49,929 nt of DNA, from contig NVVT01000011.1 of the NCBI GenBank assembly GCA_002733465.1, positions 91,048 through 140,976 on the forward strand, in the 5' to 3' direction. The stretch's first letter is position 1. The number at the start of each line of letters is the position of its first letter. Made by a program: the position numbers and the translations under genes. A model generated the notes under the pieces. It was not told the origin of the DNA. It saw nothing but the letters and a program-made list of their open reading frames with translations, and ran no database searches. Positions 45,574-49,929 of this stretch are shown here, one piece after another. Source of the DNA: Kangiella sp. (lineage in GTDB: Bacteria; Pseudomonadota; Gammaproteobacteria; Enterobacterales; Kangiellaceae).

Positions 45574-45951
45574 TTACTTTAAGTTAGAAGCTATATTAAT
45601 ACGTTTCATTTTCAACGCTCTATTTCTCCAACTAGAGATTACAAATATATTTCCGAAGTGCATAACTCCAAGAACGAGTAATGCGAATCCAATTTGACTA
45701 CTCAAAAACTCAATTGCTTGACGAATGCTCTCTAAGTCTTTATCCGATTGTAACTTCAACAAAATATAACCAAAGTTAAGCAAATAAAAACCGACGACTA
45801 ACATATGGTTAATAGAGTTTGCTAACTCCCTATTGCCATCGAAGCTATCAACAAGAAAAACCAAGCCATTTTTACTGAGTGTTTTAGCCACCCAAATAGT
45901 CATACTAATGCTAATTATTAAATAAATGATGTAGCTAATTTCAATGATCAT
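45574..45951 (-). CDS. Hypothetical membrane protein (3-4 TM helices)
   Basis: The ORF is hydrophobic (IIYLIISISMTIWVA; MLVVGFYLLNFGYILL; GFALLVLGVMHFGNIFVI). Confidence 0.45.
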   Translation of the reverse strand: MIIEISYIIYLIISISMTIWVAKTLSKNGLVFLVDSFDGNRELANSINHMLVVGFYLLNFGYILLKLQSDKDLESIRQAIEFLSSQIGFALLVLGVMHFGNIFVISSWRNRALKMKRINIASNLK

Positions 45952-46191
45952 GCTAATTCTCCTAAAGATAAATGTTTATGTGAAAGAAACATTTAAACTG
46001 TTTCTTAGGATCAGAATAAGTGAGTTTGTGGCAATTGCCGTCCTATAAGATAATATAGGAATAAGTTTTTTAAAAAACTAAATAAAACAACGGTTTAGAA
46101 ACTTCTTAAATGATAATCGAAGAAAATATTTTTAAGAACCTGTACAAAATATCAGAATTTAGAATTTAGAATTCAAAATGAGTCATCGCGA

Positions 46192-46884
46192 TTACCTAAG
46201 CGCTCTCAAAATAGCCAACCAACGCCACCACCTCAACATATCGGCTAGTGCTGCAGCCACATAAGTCAAAGCACAGGCTCTTAAAACTTGGCGAACAGCT
46301 GGCAAGTATTCTTTAGGAATGTATTCGCCCTTTTCCAAAATAGGTAATGCTTTATTAAAACTAGCATCCCACTCCTCTGGTAAAATAGCCGCGTAAATAA
46401 GAACCGAAGATAATAAAGTTACAACCCCGAGTAAAGCCGTCAAAGCAGTAACATGAGGCACTCTAAATATGGCTGTTAACATCGGCAAAGCCATTATCAA
46501 GTAGATACCATATTTTTGAATTAAGTGTGCTTTTGGAAGGTAGCGTTTTCGTAATAAACTCACCTTCTCATTTCGATTAAACTGAATAGCATGACCCACT
46601 TCGTGAGCGGCTACTGCGACGGCGGTTAATGACTTTTGATTAAAGTAACTTGGACTCAATCTAACCACGTTATCTGCTGGATCGTAATGATCGGCCCCTT
46701 CTTCAGTGGTTTCTACTTTAACCTCTGATAATTCAAATCGATGTAATAAGTGAACGGCAAGCTCACCTCCAGTGCCCGGCATTCCATCTAAAGTTTTATT
46801 GTGCTTCGCTAAGACGTATTTAACCCACCATTGAGGGGCTAAAATAAGAGCGAAAACAAACATTACGAGTAGAGCAATAAACAT
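46192..46884 (-). CDS. Membrane-associated zinc metallopeptidase (Zn_peptidase_2 / YugP-like)
   Basis: It has the HEXXH motif (AAHEVGHAIQ), an N-terminal TM helix and C-terminal TM helices. Length is 230 aa. Confidence 0.8.
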   Translation of the reverse strand: MFIALLVMFVFALILAPQWWVKYVLAKHNKTLDGMPGTGGELAVHLLHRFELSEVKVETTEEGADHYDPADNVVRLSPSYFNQKSLTAVAVAAHEVGHAIQFNRNEKVSLLRKRYLPKAHLIQKYGIYLIMALPMLTAIFRVPHVTALTALLGVVTLLSSVLIYAAILPEEWDASFNKALPILEKGEYIPKEYLPAVRQVLRACALTYVAAALADMLRWWRWLAILRALR

Positions 46885-47036
46885 TATCTATAGCCACTAT
46901 TGGTTAAAGTTGGGGAGATTAGGGGTTGGGTGTTAACCATATCATAATGAGTTAATGCAGACATTGGCTCTTTTATGATAAATTGGCAGATTAACATTTC
47001 TTTTAACTTTAAATTAAAGACTTAGAAGCTAGGACC

Positions 47037-48287
47037 TTGAAACTAGCAACATCAGTTGAGTCACTATTGGAAAGTAAATACTTGTCTTTCACTCGAAATC
47101 AAAAATTTGGCCTACTAATAAGTTTGTATGTTGCACAAGGCTTGCCCTATGGTTTTTTCACCCAAACGTTACCGGTTCTATTGAGAAGTGAGGGCGTTGA
47201 TTTAAAAACGATTGGTTATAGCAGTGCATTAACCTTGCCATGGGCTTTTAAGTTTCTTTGGGCTCCAGCTATAGACAAATATGCGTCGCGCAAATTATGG
47301 ATATTGTGGTCTAACTTGATTGCAATCACTTGCTTAATGGGCATGTCTTTTATTGAACTTCCTTTTATTATCAACGATGGAATGATGATCTTGTTTGGCG
47401 GTTTTTTTCTAATGAATTTATTTACTGCGACTCAAGATATTGCAACCGATGGTCTTGCAGTCAATTTCTTGTCCGAAAATGAAAGAGGCATTGGTAACGG
47501 TATTCAAGTTGCTGGTTATCGTGTGGGAATGATTTTGGGTGGTGGTCTTTTACTCAGTTGGTTCACTGTTTTGGGGTGGCAATATTCTTTATGGATTTTG
47601 TCTGCCATATTTTTACTGACCACCTTGCCTGTATTGTTACTCAAAGAAGTAAAATCTAACACACTACAACAAAAACTGAGTCTCTCGGAATTTGTAGATT
47701 TCTTTAAATTGCCTCATTTAGGACTGTGGTTAATCATCATTATTGTTTACAAATTTGGTGATGCACTTGGCGGTAATATGGTTAGACCAATGCTGATCGA
47801 CTCTGGATTCAGCGTTAAAGATATAGCAATAGTATTAGGCATTACTGGATTTTCAGCTGGGTTAATCGGCGCGGTTGTTGGCGGATTTTTAGTCAATAAA
47901 TTAGGTCGATTTAAGTCGCTTTTAATTTTTGGAATTATTCAGGCTTTTGCAGTTGCATCATGGGCAGTCCTCTCCATAGAAAGCCTAGCATTAGGTGACA
48001 CCACTAAGCCTATTATTTATATTTTAAGCACTCTAGAACACTTCACCGGCGGACTAGCTACAGCAGCACTATTTACGGTGATGATGGATCACTGTCGTAA
48101 ACAATGTGCTGGCAGTGATTATACTATTCAAGCTTGTATTGTCGTTGCTATGACTATACTGGCGTCAACTTTAAGTGGGATTTCTGCTTCAGAGCTGGGC
48201 TATTTATGGCACTTTATTATTGCTGGAATTTTAAGTCTTTCAGTATTCCCTTTAATTTTCAAATATAAAAATTATTTTATTTCTTAA
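47037..48287 (+). CDS. MFS transporter, AmpG/PAT-like
   Basis: It has about 12 TM helices. Motifs resembling AmpG-type permeases are GLPYGFF, WAPAIDKY and TATQDIATDGLAV. A TTG start is assumed. Confidence 0.7.
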   Translation: MKLATSVESLLESKYLSFTRNQKFGLLISLYVAQGLPYGFFTQTLPVLLRSEGVDLKTIGYSSALTLPWAFKFLWAPAIDKYASRKLWILWSNLIAITCLMGMSFIELPFIINDGMMILFGGFFLMNLFTATQDIATDGLAVNFLSENERGIGNGIQVAGYRVGMILGGGLLLSWFTVLGWQYSLWILSAIFLLTTLPVLLLKEVKSNTLQQKLSLSEFVDFFKLPHLGLWLIIIIVYKFGDALGGNMVRPMLIDSGFSVKDIAIVLGITGFSAGLIGAVVGGFLVNKLGRFKSLLIFGIIQAFAVASWAVLSIESLALGDTTKPIIYILSTLEHFTGGLATAALFTVMMDHCRKQCAGSDYTIQACIVVAMTILASTLSGISASELGYLWHFIIAGILSLSVFPLIFKYKNYFIS

Positions 48288-48325
48288 ATTTGAAAATAGC
48301 ACCCTCATAGTCTAAAACACTATAA

Positions 48326-48370
48326 CGTTCATTATCGAACACTCTTCATATCTTCGTTCACTATCGAACA
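48326..48370. promoter_or_regulatory. Two copies of a 16-nt motif with GTTC-N6-GAAC dyads upstream of the efflux operon
   Basis: CGTTCATTATCGAACA (48326-48341) and CGTTCACTATCGAACA (48355-48370) differ by one mismatch and are spaced 29 bp start to start. Confidence 0.4.
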
Positions 48371-48497
48371 ATTACAAATATTTAAAACAATCAGAATAAA
48401 TAGCTATCCCTTTGTTTTATATGAATAAACCACTAAATAACTACTATGGCATAGTTATTGTAATAGAAGATGTAAATTCTCATTTCCTGTTAAAATT

Positions 48498-49742
48498 ATG
48501 GATCAACCTCTTTCAAGCAGTCAGCTATCTAAACAAAGCAATAAAGCGAAACTTAAAGTCATTATTGGACTTTTTGGCATCACGATTGTTTTATTTAGTA
48601 TTCATTGGTTGTTAACACCTAGCGCTAAACTGTCGTCATTACGAACAGCTAAAATAGAAATAGCTGACATCGCATCAACGATTTCGGCGGGAGGAATAAT
48701 CATACCTGCAAATGAATCGACTCTTTCGAGTGAAACAAATTCTCAAATTGTTGATGTTTATGCGCAAGCTGGGCAGAAAGTCATCAAAGGCATGCATCTA
48801 TTACAATTAGAAACTCGCGCATTAAAACTATCTATTGAAACAATCAATGAAAATATTTTATTAAAAGATACACAGATTAAAACAAAAGGATTTATGGTTA
48901 ACAAAACCATTCATGAAATCGAAAGTCGCGACCAAATATTAACTGTGGAGTTAGAATTAAGAACAGTTAAAGCCGGTCGATTAAGACAATTAAGTTTAAC
49001 TGGTGCAGCCGCCAAACATGATTTACTTGAAGCTGAAATATTAGTAAAGCGTACTAAAATAGAGCTTAAACAACTCAAGCAATCCATAATAGATCACCAA
49101 TCAACTTCCAATGCGGAAATTGAAGGATTACTTTTAGAAAAAACGATCCTTAATAAATCGCTACTTGAAAAACAAAGGTTATTAGCCAATTCATTAGTCG
49201 TCGCCAATCGAGATGGTATTTTAACCTGGATAAAAAAAGAACAAGGCGCTAGTGTCACTCTTGGTGAGCCCTTGGCAAAAATATCTGATGCCAATCAGTT
49301 CAGAGTTGAGGCAACTTTGTCCGATTTTTATGCGCCACAATTAACCCATGGTATGGAAGTCATCGTTTCTTATAACGAACACAAACTTGAAGGTTATTTA
49401 GAAACATTATCACCAACCATTGAAAATGGAATAATGAAACTAATAGTCAATTTAAAACAACCTGAAAATAAATTACTTCATCAAAATATACGTGTTGATG
49501 TCGGATTGATTACTGACAGGGCAGAAAAGGCAAAAACAATTATCAAAGGGGCTTTTGTCAAAGGGCAAGGTACTCAAACTATATTTGTGATTAGAAATGG
49601 TGTCGCTTATAGAACAAAAGTTGATATCGGTTTTAGTGATAAAGATAGATATCAGATTATTGGTGATATCAAGCAAGGTGATGAAATTATTATTTCCGAC
49701 ACTAGTCACTTTGCGCATTTAAAAGAATTTATAGTCAATTAA
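48498..49742 (+). CDS. HlyD-family periplasmic adaptor (MacA-like membrane fusion protein)
   Basis: It has an N-terminal TM anchor, a lipoyl-like region (GQKVIKGMHLLQLE), a long coiled coil and a C-terminal beta-barrel. A MacB-type ATPase gene follows. Confidence 0.85.
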   Translation: MDQPLSSSQLSKQSNKAKLKVIIGLFGITIVLFSIHWLLTPSAKLSSLRTAKIEIADIASTISAGGIIIPANESTLSSETNSQIVDVYAQAGQKVIKGMHLLQLETRALKLSIETINENILLKDTQIKTKGFMVNKTIHEIESRDQILTVELELRTVKAGRLRQLSLTGAAAKHDLLEAEILVKRTKIELKQLKQSIIDHQSTSNAEIEGLLLEKTILNKSLLEKQRLLANSLVVANRDGILTWIKKEQGASVTLGEPLAKISDANQFRVEATLSDFYAPQLTHGMEVIVSYNEHKLEGYLETLSPTIENGIMKLIVNLKQPENKLLHQNIRVDVGLITDRAEKAKTIIKGAFVKGQGTQTIFVIRNGVAYRTKVDIGFSDKDRYQIIGDIKQGDEIIISDTSHFAHLKEFIVN

Positions 49743-49792
49743 AAACACCATTAAAACCAATCATTATTGAATTTTAAAATAAGGGAAATAAT

Positions 49793-49929
49793 ATGTTGCA
49801 GTTAAATAATATTTGCAAAACTTATCAAACTGATAAAATAGAAACTAGCGCGTTGTCTGATATAAACCTCACCATTAATAAGGGAGAGTTTGTCTCTGTG
49901 ATGGGACAATCGGGTTGCGGGAAAAGCAC
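49793..49929 (+). CDS. ABC transporter ATP-binding protein, MacB/LolD-like, N-terminal fragment (runs off the window)
   Basis: The fragment reads MLQLNNICKTYQTDKIETSALSDINLTINKGEFVSVMGQSGCGKS, including Walker A. It is not in the ORF track because it is truncated. Confidence 0.85.
   Translation, partial: MLQLNNICKTYQTDKIETSALSDINLTINKGEFVSVMGQSGCGKS

Noticed and set aside
48412-48615. 67-aa plus-strand ORF overlapping the start of the HlyD-family gene
   Set aside because: It is out of frame with the adaptor gene, AT-rich and has no SD. It is most likely spurious.
4268-49718. Many short track ORFs nested in or antisense to larger genes. Examples: 4268-4576, 5346-5567, 5439-5738, 6588-6770, 7994-8191, 9945-10205, 10311-10538, 11839-12093, 14791-14982, 15106-15729, 17369-17647, 18308-18574, 18568-18810, 24841-25062, 26884-27069, 28151-28420, 30286-30585, 34098-34532, 35247-35540, 35967-36926, 38702-38959, 39118-39387, 42280-42468, 43078-43278, 45312-45494, 49094-49294 and 49473-49718.
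   Set aside because: Each overlaps a longer ORF that has clear family motifs on the same or opposite strand. Their translations are low-complexity or unrecognisable.
1-49929. Search by eye for rRNA, tRNA, IS transposases, integrases, prophage genes, cas genes and known multi-gene defence systems
   Set aside because: I recognised none. The SNF2 and DUF4143 ATPase genes lack the partner genes of DISARM, Zorya, Druantia or BREX, so I do not call them a defence system.

Overview
About 50 kb of an AT-rich gammaproteobacterial-type chromosome. The gene content looks like a marine Alteromonadales or Colwellia-like organism, but that taxonomic guess is inference only. I can support about 50 protein-coding genes. 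I found no rRNA, tRNA, CRISPR array, intact IS element or integrase. From left to right the window holds: (1) a giant FN3-repeat surface protein truncated by the window edge, preceded by a GEMM-I (c-di-GMP-I) riboswitch-like leader; (2) a small RhuM/methyltransferase gene cluster; (3) a membrane protein / PQQ-dependent dehydrogenase / TonB-dependent receptor operon; (4) a LysE/Lrp pair and a short nucleosidase; (5) a lipoprotein with three PKD domains and a beta-helix; (6) a catalytically degenerate periplasmic 5-prime-nucleotidase homolog coupled to a GGDEF cyclase; (7) a Kv-type channel and egtB-egtD; (8) a six-gene LysR-associated amino-acid catabolic operon with three tandem RraA/HMG-aldolase-like paralogs; (9) a blaI-blaR1 (M56-TonB_C) module plus a decayed tandem copy; (10) an AAA ATPase, a SWIM-SNF2 helicase, a ThrC-like enzyme and a UDG. 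The locus I rate most interesting follows: a small leader unit, rtcB, an orphan 316-aa protein, and a 95-aa basic ArfA-like protein whose ORF contains an 11-bp GNRA-capped hairpin, which matches the arfA-style non-stop regulation signature. After it comes an AT-rich accessory stretch with an orphaned TacA-type antitoxin beside a nonsense-inactivated GNAT toxin, ParDE and small membrane proteins. The window ends with a Zn-peptidase, an AmpG-like MFS transporter and the start of a MacAB-like efflux operon. All family assignments come from motif recognition by eye and hand translation. No database search or folding computation was possible.
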